Shown here: positions 8,018-16,089 of the stretch, one piece after another
Numbering within the stretch: the first letter of the stretch is position 1
How the letters are laid out: each line of letters opens with the position of its first letter
Assembly (NCBI GenBank): GCA_024637095.1
Contig: JAGXFV010000048.1
Span: 2,629 to 66,628 of the forward strand
Source: Actinomycetes bacterium
Lineage (GTDB): Bacteria; Actinomycetota; Thermoleophilia; RBG-16-64-13
Direction: 5' to 3'
Length of the DNA: 64,000 nt
Program-made: the position numbers and the translations under genes
Notes under the pieces: model-generated
Database searches by the model: none
Seen by the model: the letters and a program-made list of their open reading frames with translations, nothing else
Told to the model about the DNA's origin: nothing

Positions 8018-9774
8018 CGCCTTCCTTCCCGGCGGCGGCCACCCGTCGACCTCAAGGTGGGGCAGGCGAGGTAGGCGAGGCTGCCGGCGTGATGCGAAGA
8101 ACCGTGCTGGCGGGCCGTCTGGACGCGATTTGTCGGGAGATGGGTCTGGTGCTCGAGCGTTCCGCCCGTTCTCCCATCTTTGCGGAGGCCTGCGATTTCT
8201 CCTGCGGAGTGTGCGACGCGCACGGCGAACTCGTCTCCCAGCTAAGCGGCATCCCCATCCTTGCGGCGGCGGGCTCGGCCAGCGTGAATGCGGTGATCGG
8301 CCGGTACGGCGAGGCCATCGAGGATGGCGATTCGTTCATAGTCAACGACCCCTACTCCGGCGGGAACCACTTGCCGGATATCGGCATCGTAACGCCGGTG
8401 TTCGCGCAGGGCGAACTACTTTTCTTCTGTGTGAGCCGCGCGCACCACGGCGATGTGGGCGGCTCTTCACCCGGCAGCTACAACCCCAGGGCGACGGACG
8501 TGTTCCAGGAAGGGGTGCGGATCCCGCCAACCCGAATCGCTCGGGCGGGGGAAGCATTGGACGACGTTCTCGAGCTGATCGCCTACAACACCCGCAACCC
8601 CGCCATGCTGCGAAGCGATCTGCTCGCCCAACTGGGGGCGAACAAGGTGGGAGCCCGCCGGCTGCTGGAGTTTGTCGCGAGAGAGTCCGCCTCGGTTGTC
8701 CGAGAAGCCGTGGCCGACCTGCTGGATCGGGCGGAAGAGCTGACCCGGCGGCGCATCGCCTCACTTCCCGACGGGGTTTACCGCGCGACCGAAGAGGTGG
8801 ACGACGATGGCTTTCAACAGGAGCGGATACGGATTCGGACCACGATAGAGGTGCGGGGCGACCGTTTGCTGGTGGACTTCGAGGGCACCGATGCCCAGGT
8901 GCGCGGCTTTCTCAACTGCGCCTTGGCCACCACTCGGACGGCGGCGGCGATCGCTGTACTCTGGGTTCTGGGAGCGGACATTCCCCGGAACGGGGGGGCC
9001 TTCCGGGCGGTAGAGGTCAACGCTCCGCTCGGCACTTTGGTGAATCCCCGGCCTCCCGCGCCGGTGACGCTCAGCACGCTCACTCCCGCCGGCGAAATCA
9101 TCGCAGCGGTCTTCAAGGCTCTGTCCGCCACGGCGCCGTCCGCCCTTCCCGCCGGGTTCAGCCGGTTCTGTGGCCCTTCCTTCTTTGGCGTGGACCCGCG
9201 TAACGAACGATTCTATGTGGGCTTCGCCTTCTGCGCCCTGGGCGCGGGTGGGGCGATGAGAGGATTGGACGGAGCCGCCTACATGTCTCCCATCTCGAAT
9301 CACGGCGGAGTGCGCACCCCCAACATAGAGGCCAATGAAGTGCAGTACCCCCACCTCACCCTGCGCCACGAGATGGAGCCCGATACCGCCGGCGCCGGAC
9401 GCTGGCGAGGTGGGCCCGGGGTGAGATACGAGTTCCGGGTCTACGACCCCGAGCCCGGCATCGTCATGTTCGGTGACGGGATGAAGGTGGCGCCCTACGG
9501 CGTTGCCGGCGGCCACGAGGGCAGCCTCAACCGGGCCTATCTCACGACGGCCGAAGGGGAGGTCGTCACGCTTCGGAGCAAAGCCGCGGCTCGGGAACTG
9601 GCCCCCGGCGACAGCATCACCCTCATCTCTTCCGGGGGCGGTGGCTACGGCCCGCCCCGTGAGCGGGGCCGGGAGCGGGTCAGGTGCGACGTGCGGGACG
9701 GTCTGGTTTCGGTCGAGGCTGCGGCGTCGCTTTACGGGGTCGGCTCCGATGAGTTGCCGGCGGAGCCTGAATGA
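8014..9774 (+). CDS. Hydantoinase B/oxoprolinase family subunit
   Basis: ATGA overlap with subunit A; SPIF.E..DFSCG, NDPYSGGNHLPD, HHGDVGG, DTAGAGRWRGG, SSGGGGYGPP. Confidence 0.92.
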   Translation: MTPSFPAAATRRPQGGAGEVGEAAGVMRRTVLAGRLDAICREMGLVLERSARSPIFAEACDFSCGVCDAHGELVSQLSGIPILAAAGSASVNAVIGRYGEAIEDGDSFIVNDPYSGGNHLPDIGIVTPVFAQGELLFFCVSRAHHGDVGGSSPGSYNPRATDVFQEGVRIPPTRIARAGEALDDVLELIAYNTRNPAMLRSDLLAQLGANKVGARRLLEFVARESASVVREAVADLLDRAEELTRRRIASLPDGVYRATEEVDDDGFQQERIRIRTTIEVRGDRLLVDFEGTDAQVRGFLNCALATTRTAAAIAVLWVLGADIPRNGGAFRAVEVNAPLGTLVNPRPPAPVTLSTLTPAGEIIAAVFKALSATAPSALPAGFSRFCGPSFFGVDPRNERFYVGFAFCALGAGGAMRGLDGAAYMSPISNHGGVRTPNIEANEVQYPHLTLRHEMEPDTAGAGRWRGGPGVRYEFRVYDPEPGIVMFGDGMKVAPYGVAGGHEGSLNRAYLTTAEGEVVTLRSKAAARELAPGDSITLISSGGGGYGPPRERGRERVRCDVRDGLVSVEAAASLYGVGSDELPAEPE

Positions 9775-11237
9775 GCGCCGTACTCGAGGTTAGCCTGGAG
9801 ACAGTGACCTACGAAGGGTCCTCGGTGCCGGCTCTGAGCGGGGTGGAATTCTCCGTCGGCGAAGGCGAGTTCGTTGTCGTCTCCGGACGGGTGGGCGCGG
9901 GCAAGTCGACTCTCTGCCATTGTCTGGCCGGAGCGATTCCCTGCTACTACTCGGCCGAAGTCGACGGGAAGATTCGCGTGGCGGGCAGGGACCTGGGCGG
10001 CGCTCCTATTGGTGAACTCGCGGGGATCATTGGATACCTGGCCCAGGAATCCCAAGCCCAGATCGTGGAGGGCACTGTCGCGGAGGATGTGGCCTTCGGC
10101 CCCTGTAATCTTGGTCTGCCCAGGGGGGAGGTCCGTCGGCGGGTGGAGTCCTGTCTCGAATGGGTAGGGCTGTCCGGATTTGAAACGCGGGACCCCCAAA
10201 CCCTATCGGGAGGGGAAGCGCAGCGGGCGGTCCTGGCCGGGGTGATCGCCCTGCACCCTCGCCTTCTGATCCTCGATGAACCTCTGGCCGAGCTGGATCC
10301 ATCCGGGCGGCGGTTGGTGGCGCAGGGTCTGCGGGAGCTTTCTCGTCGCGGAACCTCGGTCCTGCTGGCCACCACGCGTCCCGATCAGGTACGGCCCTTT
10401 GCGGATCGGACGGTTTCATTGTCTCCCGGCGGTGAGTACCCAAGCGCGAATCCGTCCGGCGTGGGAGGAGTGGGCAAGAGCGGGGCCGCTACGCGCCTGG
10501 GGATCGGCTCCCGCAGTCCGGAGGGCCGGCCGGAAAAGCATGTTCCCGGCGAGCCCGGCGTACGCTTCGACCGCTGCACCCACGTATATCCGGGCGGCCG
10601 CGCCGGGTGCACCGATGTCGACCTATTTCTCGAGCCCGGCGGCATGGTTGCCCTGCTCGGCGTCAACGGCTCGGGCAAGACCACGCTCGGAAAGCATGTA
10701 AACGGTCTTCTCCGGGCCACCACGGGGAGCGTGCTGGTCGACGGGATCGACCCGGCGGGCAAAGCGCGAGGCCTGCTGCGCGCTCGAACCGGCTTCGTCT
10801 TTCAGAACCCGGACTACCAGTTGTTCGGGAACAGTGTGGAAGAAGAACTGGCCTTTGGTTTGCGCGTGCGCGGCACGGCCCGCGATGAGATCAAGCGTCG
10901 CGTGGACGATGCCGTGTCTCGCTTTGGCCTCGAACGCTGGCGCAGTGCCCATCCGCACCGCTTGAGCCGCGGCCAACGACAGTTGCTTGCAGTGGCCGGT
11001 GTCCTGGCAGCGGACCCCTCGGTGCTGGCGGCCGACGAACCGACCTCGGGATTGGACCCCGAAACGGCGCTCCACGTACTCAGAGAGCTCGGGAGCGTGG
11101 CCGCCCGCGGGGGCACCGTGTTGCTTATGACCCACGACGCCGAACTTGCCTCCACCGTGGTCGATCGTTTGGCCGTGATGGAAGCGGGCTTCCTTCGCTC
11201 GAGCATGCTACCGAGTCGGCAGCGGGTGGCGGGATGA
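9771..11237 (+). CDS. ECF transporter ATPase with two fused NBDs (EcfA-A')
   Basis: Walker A GRVGAGKST and GVNGSGKTT; signatures LSGGE and LSRGQ; FQNPDYQLF; EDVAFG/EELAFG. Confidence 0.9.
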   Translation: MSAVLEVSLETVTYEGSSVPALSGVEFSVGEGEFVVVSGRVGAGKSTLCHCLAGAIPCYYSAEVDGKIRVAGRDLGGAPIGELAGIIGYLAQESQAQIVEGTVAEDVAFGPCNLGLPRGEVRRRVESCLEWVGLSGFETRDPQTLSGGEAQRAVLAGVIALHPRLLILDEPLAELDPSGRRLVAQGLRELSRRGTSVLLATTRPDQVRPFADRTVSLSPGGEYPSANPSGVGGVGKSGAATRLGIGSRSPEGRPEKHVPGEPGVRFDRCTHVYPGGRAGCTDVDLFLEPGGMVALLGVNGSGKTTLGKHVNGLLRATTGSVLVDGIDPAGKARGLLRARTGFVFQNPDYQLFGNSVEEELAFGLRVRGTARDEIKRRVDDAVSRFGLERWRSAHPHRLSRGQRQLLAVAGVLAADPSVLAADEPTSGLDPETALHVLRELGSVAARGGTVLLMTHDAELASTVVDRLAVMEAGFLRSSMLPSRQRVAG

Positions 11238-11980
11238 CCGCGCGGGCGGAGTCCGGCCGAGGGAGAGTGGATCCGCGTCTGAGTTCATGCTGGCTGCTGC
11301 TGATTGCTGCCTGCGCTCTGGCGGTGGAATCGGGCGCACTGGTGGCGGGCGGAGTTGCGTGCCTGCTGGTGGTCTCCTTGCTCGTGGGATTGAAGCTCAG
11401 GTTGGTTGGGCACGGCCTGTTGGCTACGGCTTTGGTTGGTCTGCAGATCTTCGTTATGCGGTGGGTTTTTGGAGAGGAGGGCGTTCTGGCGGCCGGGATG
11501 GGGGCGGCTTTGGAGGGGGGCGTATTGGTGCCTATCTTGAGCGGCTCCGCCGAGACGGCGGCTCGCCTGGGAGCCCTCCTCCTGGCCGCTATGCAGTTCC
11601 ACCAACTCACGCGTCCCTCCGACCTCACGCAGCTCTTGACCCGCCGGGGCATTCCGCACCGCTGGGCGGCGCTCCCTGCCATCGCCTTGCGCTTCGTGCC
11701 CCTGATGCAGACGGAGTTGACCGCAGTATGGGAAAGCCAGGCTTCTCGGGGGCTGCCGACCGAGCGCGCGCGCGACAAGCTGAAGGCGCTCCTTCCTGTC
11801 GGGTTGCCTTTCGTCTACCGCTCGATGCGGCGCGCCAACGAACTCGCGCTGGCGATGGAGCTTCGCGGGTTTGGCGTCTTGGCCCGGCCTACTTTTCTGT
11901 CGGAGCTACGAATGAGCCCCGCGGAGCGGGCGGCATCCGCCGGTCTGTTGGTGGCTACGCTGGCAGTGCTGTTGGTCTGA
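11234..11980 (+). CDS. ecfT: ECF transporter transmembrane T component
   Basis: VDPR start, LRFVPLM, coupling motifs ASRG and ELRGF; ATGA overlap with the ATPase. Confidence 0.88.
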   Translation: MTARAESGRGRVDPRLSSCWLLLIAACALAVESGALVAGGVACLLVVSLLVGLKLRLVGHGLLATALVGLQIFVMRWVFGEEGVLAAGMGAALEGGVLVPILSGSAETAARLGALLLAAMQFHQLTRPSDLTQLLTRRGIPHRWAALPAIALRFVPLMQTELTAVWESQASRGLPTERARDKLKALLPVGLPFVYRSMRRANELALAMELRGFGVLARPTFLSELRMSPAERAASAGLLVATLAVLLV

Positions 11981-12014
11981 AATCGGCTCGGGCCGGCCGA
12001 AGAGATACTGCGCC

Positions 12015-13517
12015 TTAATCCACGGCGCCCGGCAGCGATCGCACTACCTCGCGGACCGATTCATGCACCCGGGCGACAGAGCGGTCTTCGGTTATGGCGG
12101 ATAGGGCCCCGTCGACCGCGGAGAGGGTCGCGCCCGTGCGAGTTCCCAGCTTTGGAGGAGGCCGGAACAGTGAAAGGACGTCCCGGGCGAGTAGCAGTTC
12201 GGTGGTGAGCAGGCTTTCGAGCAGGTCCAGGGCTTCGTCGGCCTTGCGCACACTGAGCGGGGCGGCGGTGGCGTGGTCTTCGACCTCCGTTTCCAGCGGC
12301 GGTACGTCGAGGGTGGCCGGAGCGGCCAGCTGCTTGAGTTCCGCGAGTTGAGCGGCCGCGGCATAGCGCAGGGAAAGCCCGAAAAACTCGGAGGTGGGGT
12401 TCGGCGGGGGAGAGTCCGGCGCCTCCGTGAGCCGGAAGAACTCCTGCCAGAGGTGTTCCATCCGCCGCTCGCTGAGCTGCCCTACATGGGCGAGGGCGAT
12501 CCTTAGAGCGTCGAAAGAGATGGCCGGCACGATGGGGTGGAAGTTGCCGTTGTGAATCATCCTCCCCTCGTCGACCGCGACCATGGGGTTGTCGCTCACC
12601 GAGTTGAGCTCCAGTTCGAGGGCGGCGCGCGCCGAGCCAAGGAACTCACGAAGCGCGCCGTGAACCTGGGGGACCACTCGGAACGAGAGGGGGTCCTGGA
12701 TGGAACGTGGCCCCGCCTGCTCAAGCAGGTAACTTCCCCGAAGGGCACTTTCGAGGGACCTCGCCGCCGCGATGTGGCCGGCGTAGGGCTTGGCCGCCGC
12801 CACAGCCGGGTGGAACACCGAGGGGTTGGCGCGGACCGCCTCCATTGAAAGCGCCGCCGCGAGGTCTGCGGCGGCGGCGACCCGCGCTGCCCGGAGCGCG
12901 ACCAGGGCGCCAAAACCCAGGGAGATCCCATTGGACGAGACCAGCGCGAGCGCGTCCTTGGGTTGAGCGACGGCCGGCGCTATCCCGGCGCGTCGCAGCG
13001 CCTCGGCGCCCGGGAGCAGTACGCCGCCGTACTCGGCCCGGCCTTCGCCGATGACCACGAGGGCGATGGCGGCCATCTGCCCCAGATCGGCCGCCCCTAC
13101 CGAACCGTGGCGGGGGACCACTGGGTGGACGCCGGCGTTGAGCATGGCGACCAGCACCTCGGCCACGCGCAGACTGGCTCCCGACCCGCCCTGGGCGAGA
13201 CCGTTCAGGCGAACTGCCATGGCACTGCGCACTACTTCGCGAGGTGCGGGCTCTCCCACCCCGCCCTCGTGCATGTGCAGCAGCGCCACCTGCATCTGGC
13301 AGATCATCTCGTCGGGGAGGCGCGTGTCCTTAAGGTGCCCAACCCCCGTGTTTAGCCCGTAAACGGGGAGTCCGCCGGCGAGTGCTTTGTCGACAACAGC
13401 CCTCGCGGAGCCGATACGCTCGACGGCGGAGTGGTGTAATTTAACAGGCGCTCCGGCGGCTACCCGCCCGAGTTCGTCTATCGTCAGGCTACGTCGGCCA
13501 ATTTGCACTACGTCCAT
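12015..13517 (-). CDS. Aromatic amino acid lyase family protein lacking the MIO tripeptide (HAL-like, ergothionase-type clade)
   Basis: VYGLNTGVG, QDPLSFRVVPQVHG, SDNP, GNFH, EDH motifs; MIO site reads GSVGAADL instead of GS(V/I)GASGDL; start trimmed to ATG 13517. Confidence 0.85.
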   Translation of the reverse strand: MDVVQIGRRSLTIDELGRVAAGAPVKLHHSAVERIGSARAVVDKALAGGLPVYGLNTGVGHLKDTRLPDEMICQMQVALLHMHEGGVGEPAPREVVRSAMAVRLNGLAQGGSGASLRVAEVLVAMLNAGVHPVVPRHGSVGAADLGQMAAIALVVIGEGRAEYGGVLLPGAEALRRAGIAPAVAQPKDALALVSSNGISLGFGALVALRAARVAAAADLAAALSMEAVRANPSVFHPAVAAAKPYAGHIAAARSLESALRGSYLLEQAGPRSIQDPLSFRVVPQVHGALREFLGSARAALELELNSVSDNPMVAVDEGRMIHNGNFHPIVPAISFDALRIALAHVGQLSERRMEHLWQEFFRLTEAPDSPPPNPTSEFFGLSLRYAAAAQLAELKQLAAPATLDVPPLETEVEDHATAAPLSVRKADEALDLLESLLTTELLLARDVLSLFRPPPKLGTRTGATLSAVDGALSAITEDRSVARVHESVREVVRSLPGAVD

Positions 13518-13704
13518 ATTCAATTTCTTCCCAAAGGGAACTACGGGCACACGCCGGGGCTCGGGGCGCAGAGGCGCTGCTGTGAGAGGAAGGGCCCCCG
13601 CTTTGTGAGAAGGGACGCCGGCGTCCTTCGGTGCTCTCGTGGGATTAAGCGGGCGGGCCGGGGTATGCTAAACAGGTCTCGCCAGCTGCCAAAGGAGACC
13701 GAGT

Positions 13705-14337
13705 ATGTCCGCGCCGCGACCGGACGAACTCCCGCTTTTCCCGCTCGGCCTGGTCTTGCTTCCCGGGGAGCTTCTTCCTCTGCACATTTTCGAGGAGCGC
13801 TACAAGCGGCTGATCCAGCACTGCCGCGACACGGGCGAGTTCTTTGGAATCGTGTGGCGCCAACGGGATGAGTTGGCGGAAGTTGCCTGCACAGCCAGGC
13901 TGTGGGCGGTGCTCCGCGAATACGACGACGGACGGCTGGACGTGGTCGTCCGCGGGGAAGAGCGCTTCCGCATCCTCGCGGCGATCGTGCCCGAGGAGAT
14001 CGAGCTCGAGCCCCTTCGCGCCGAGATCGAGATTTTGGAGGAGGAAGGCCCCGAGCCCGCTGAGGAGCTGAAGGCGGAAGCGGAGACGGCTTTTCGGGAG
14101 ATTGTGAAGCTCGGCGAGGCGGAAGGGGAGCCAGCACTGTCCGAAGACTACCCTCTCTCCTACGCTATTGCTCACGAGTTGGAACTGGAACCGGCGCTCA
14201 AGCTGCGTTTGCTCGCACTTGATGGGGAGGCCGAGCGGCTGACCCTTCTCGTCGACGTGCTTCGCACGGTGGTTGAAAGGCTGGAGCTCCTCAAGGAGCG
14301 CGAGGGTGCGATCCGGGGGAATGGTCACGCGCGCTGA
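13705..14337 (+). CDS. Stand-alone Lon N-terminal (substrate-binding) domain protein
   Basis: LPLFPL..VLLPGELLPLHIFEERYK, GRLDVVVRGEERFRI; no AAA+ or protease domain. Confidence 0.85.
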   Translation: MSAPRPDELPLFPLGLVLLPGELLPLHIFEERYKRLIQHCRDTGEFFGIVWRQRDELAEVACTARLWAVLREYDDGRLDVVVRGEERFRILAAIVPEEIELEPLRAEIEILEEEGPEPAEELKAEAETAFREIVKLGEAEGEPALSEDYPLSYAIAHELELEPALKLRLLALDGEAERLTLLVDVLRTVVERLELLKEREGAIRGNGHAR

Positions 14338-14370
14338 GCACGACCTCCAAGACTACCCCCGCGTCCGTGA

Positions 14371-14421
14371 AAGGGTCGAGGGACGTCGAGGGACGGCGCG
14401 GGCCGGCGCGGGACGTCGAGG
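14371..14421. repeat. Degenerate 10-bp tandem repeat (about 5 units)
   Basis: aagggtcgag/ggacgtcgag/ggacggcgcg/ggccggcgcg/ggacgtcgag between convergent genes. Confidence 0.6.
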
Positions 14422-14428
14422 CCGCCGG

Positions 14429-14617
14429 CTATTTCTTGCGGCGGTAGCCCGTCTGTATGAGGTAGATGCCGAGAAAAGCCACGACCACCCCACCCACCAG
14501 GGAAAGCGCCTCCTCCCGAAACAGACCCAGGTAAAGTCCAACCACGAGCAGCAGGATGCCCCCGAGAATCAGGGAAAAAGGGGACGTCAGCGGACTGCTC
14601 GGTCGGTTCTGTGCCAC
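14429..14617 (-). CDS. Small two-helix membrane protein
   Basis: AAAGGAGA RBS before GTG 14617; two hydrophobic segments and a basic RRKK tail. Confidence 0.6.
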   Translation of the reverse strand: MAQNRPSSPLTSPFSLILGGILLLVVGLYLGLFREEALSLVGGVVVAFLGIYLIQTGYRRKK

Positions 14618-14853
14618 GGGGTCTCCTTTCGGGGGAATTGACGGAGCCATTCTAACCGGCGGCGGACAGCGCGCCTAGCGGACCCCAGTCTCATGCGGTT
14701 TTCTCTTGGGGCGCGCATTGAATCGGCATATTCTTGGTATCCTTACGTTGTTATTGCACAGCGGCTCAGGCGGCCTTCACCGAGCCTCTCGAGGTCCATA
14801 TCGCGTACGGTCCGGCTCCCGCTGTCCAACCCAGCGCCTAATGGAGGGCAACG

Positions 14854-15192
<339 letters not shown>

Positions 15193-15215
15193 CTCAAGCC
15201 GAACGGCATATCTGC

Positions 15216-15248
15216 AAAGGGCCCCGGGAAACCGGGGCCCTTTCTTTC
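15216..15248. terminator. Intrinsic terminator, probably bidirectional
   Basis: AAAGGGCCCCGG-GAAA-CCGGGGCCCTTT followed by a T-rich run, between convergent genes. Confidence 0.85.
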
Positions 15249-15249
15249 T

Positions 15250-15948
15250 CTAGGCCTTCTTCACTGACTTATTGCCCAGTTCCCTATGCGCTTCGCTGCT
15301 CGGCCGCGCGAGGAGCCCTTCAGTCACCAACCCGATGAGCGCTGTGCTCATGGCGTCATCGTCGGCTGTCGCCGGGATCGGCCCACTCTGCCCGCCGAGC
15401 GTTCGGCTGAGAGCCACTGAACGTGCGGCCGCCAGCAAAAGGTATGCGGTCAGGTTGGGATCGTCCGTGGCGAAGGCACCTTCGCTGACCCCTTCTTGGA
15501 TAAGGCCGGCCAACATGCCCGCAACCCGGCTCTCGGATTCGGTGACCAAGGCGAAAAGTATGGGGTCGGAGAGTAGCGTGGGATCGCGCATGGTGATGCG
15601 CGCGGTTTCTCGCTCGCCCACCATGAACTCCATGTAGGAAGACAGCGCCCGCTCGAACCGAGAGAGAGCGTCCCCCTGGTGCTTCAAGCCGGCCTCGACC
15701 GACGCGGCCTTGCGCAGGCAGTGGTCCTCGGCGAGGGCGGTGAGCAGCGCGCGTTTGGAGTCGAAGTGGTAGTAGAGAGCGGGGACCGTGACCCCTACCG
15801 CTTCCGCGATCTGCCTCACCGACGTCGCGTCGAAACCCCGATTGGCGAAGAGGGACCGCGCGCAGGTTAGGATGCGGTCGCGCATGGACGCGGTCCCGGA
15901 CGCGCCCTGAGGCTCAGCGCAAGAGATTTGACGCTCGGCTGAACTCAT
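15250..15948 (-). CDS. TetR/AcrR family transcriptional regulator
   Basis: RDRILTCARSLFANRGFDATSVRQIAEAVGVTVPALYYHFDSK HTH; divergent from an MFS exporter. Confidence 0.92.
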   Translation of the reverse strand: MSSAERQISCAEPQGASGTASMRDRILTCARSLFANRGFDATSVRQIAEAVGVTVPALYYHFDSKRALLTALAEDHCLRKAASVEAGLKHQGDALSRFERALSSYMEFMVGERETARITMRDPTLLSDPILFALVTESESRVAGMLAGLIQEGVSEGAFATDDPNLTAYLLLAAARSVALSRTLGGQSGPIPATADDDAMSTALIGLVTEGLLARPSSEAHRELGNKSVKKA

Positions 15949-16089
15949 GCTTCAATACGCCTCGGCTTCGTTTAGCGAGTGTTAAGTAAGTTCGCGGGAA
16001 GAGAATAGCACGAGGATTTACGCGCTGGCACGAGGATTGACGTGCGGCCGTCCGAGATAAGCGCCGGCCGCGAGGAAAGTAGGATCGGA

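Noticed and set aside
7245-9203. Long alternative-frame or antisense ORFs (also 22862-24331, 31669-33018, 52003-53532, 54749-56086, 56893-58200)
   Set aside because: Shadow ORFs of high-GC genes: Arg/Pro/Gly-rich, no motifs, fully overlapping well-supported CDSs.
12015-13517. Annotation as histidine ammonia-lyase hutH
   Set aside because: MIO-forming ASG absent and no hut genes nearby.
3831-13517. Genomic island or horizontally acquired block
   Set aside because: Codons look somewhat more T-ending by eye, but I cannot compute GC3, and there is no integrase, tRNA or flanking direct repeat.
13580-13640. Glycine-riboswitch-like words (GAGAG-CACCGAAGGA...TCTCA) upstream of the lyase on the minus strand
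   Set aside because: No P2 hairpin between GAGAG and CCGAAG and no CUCUCAGG; the aptamer core is incomplete.
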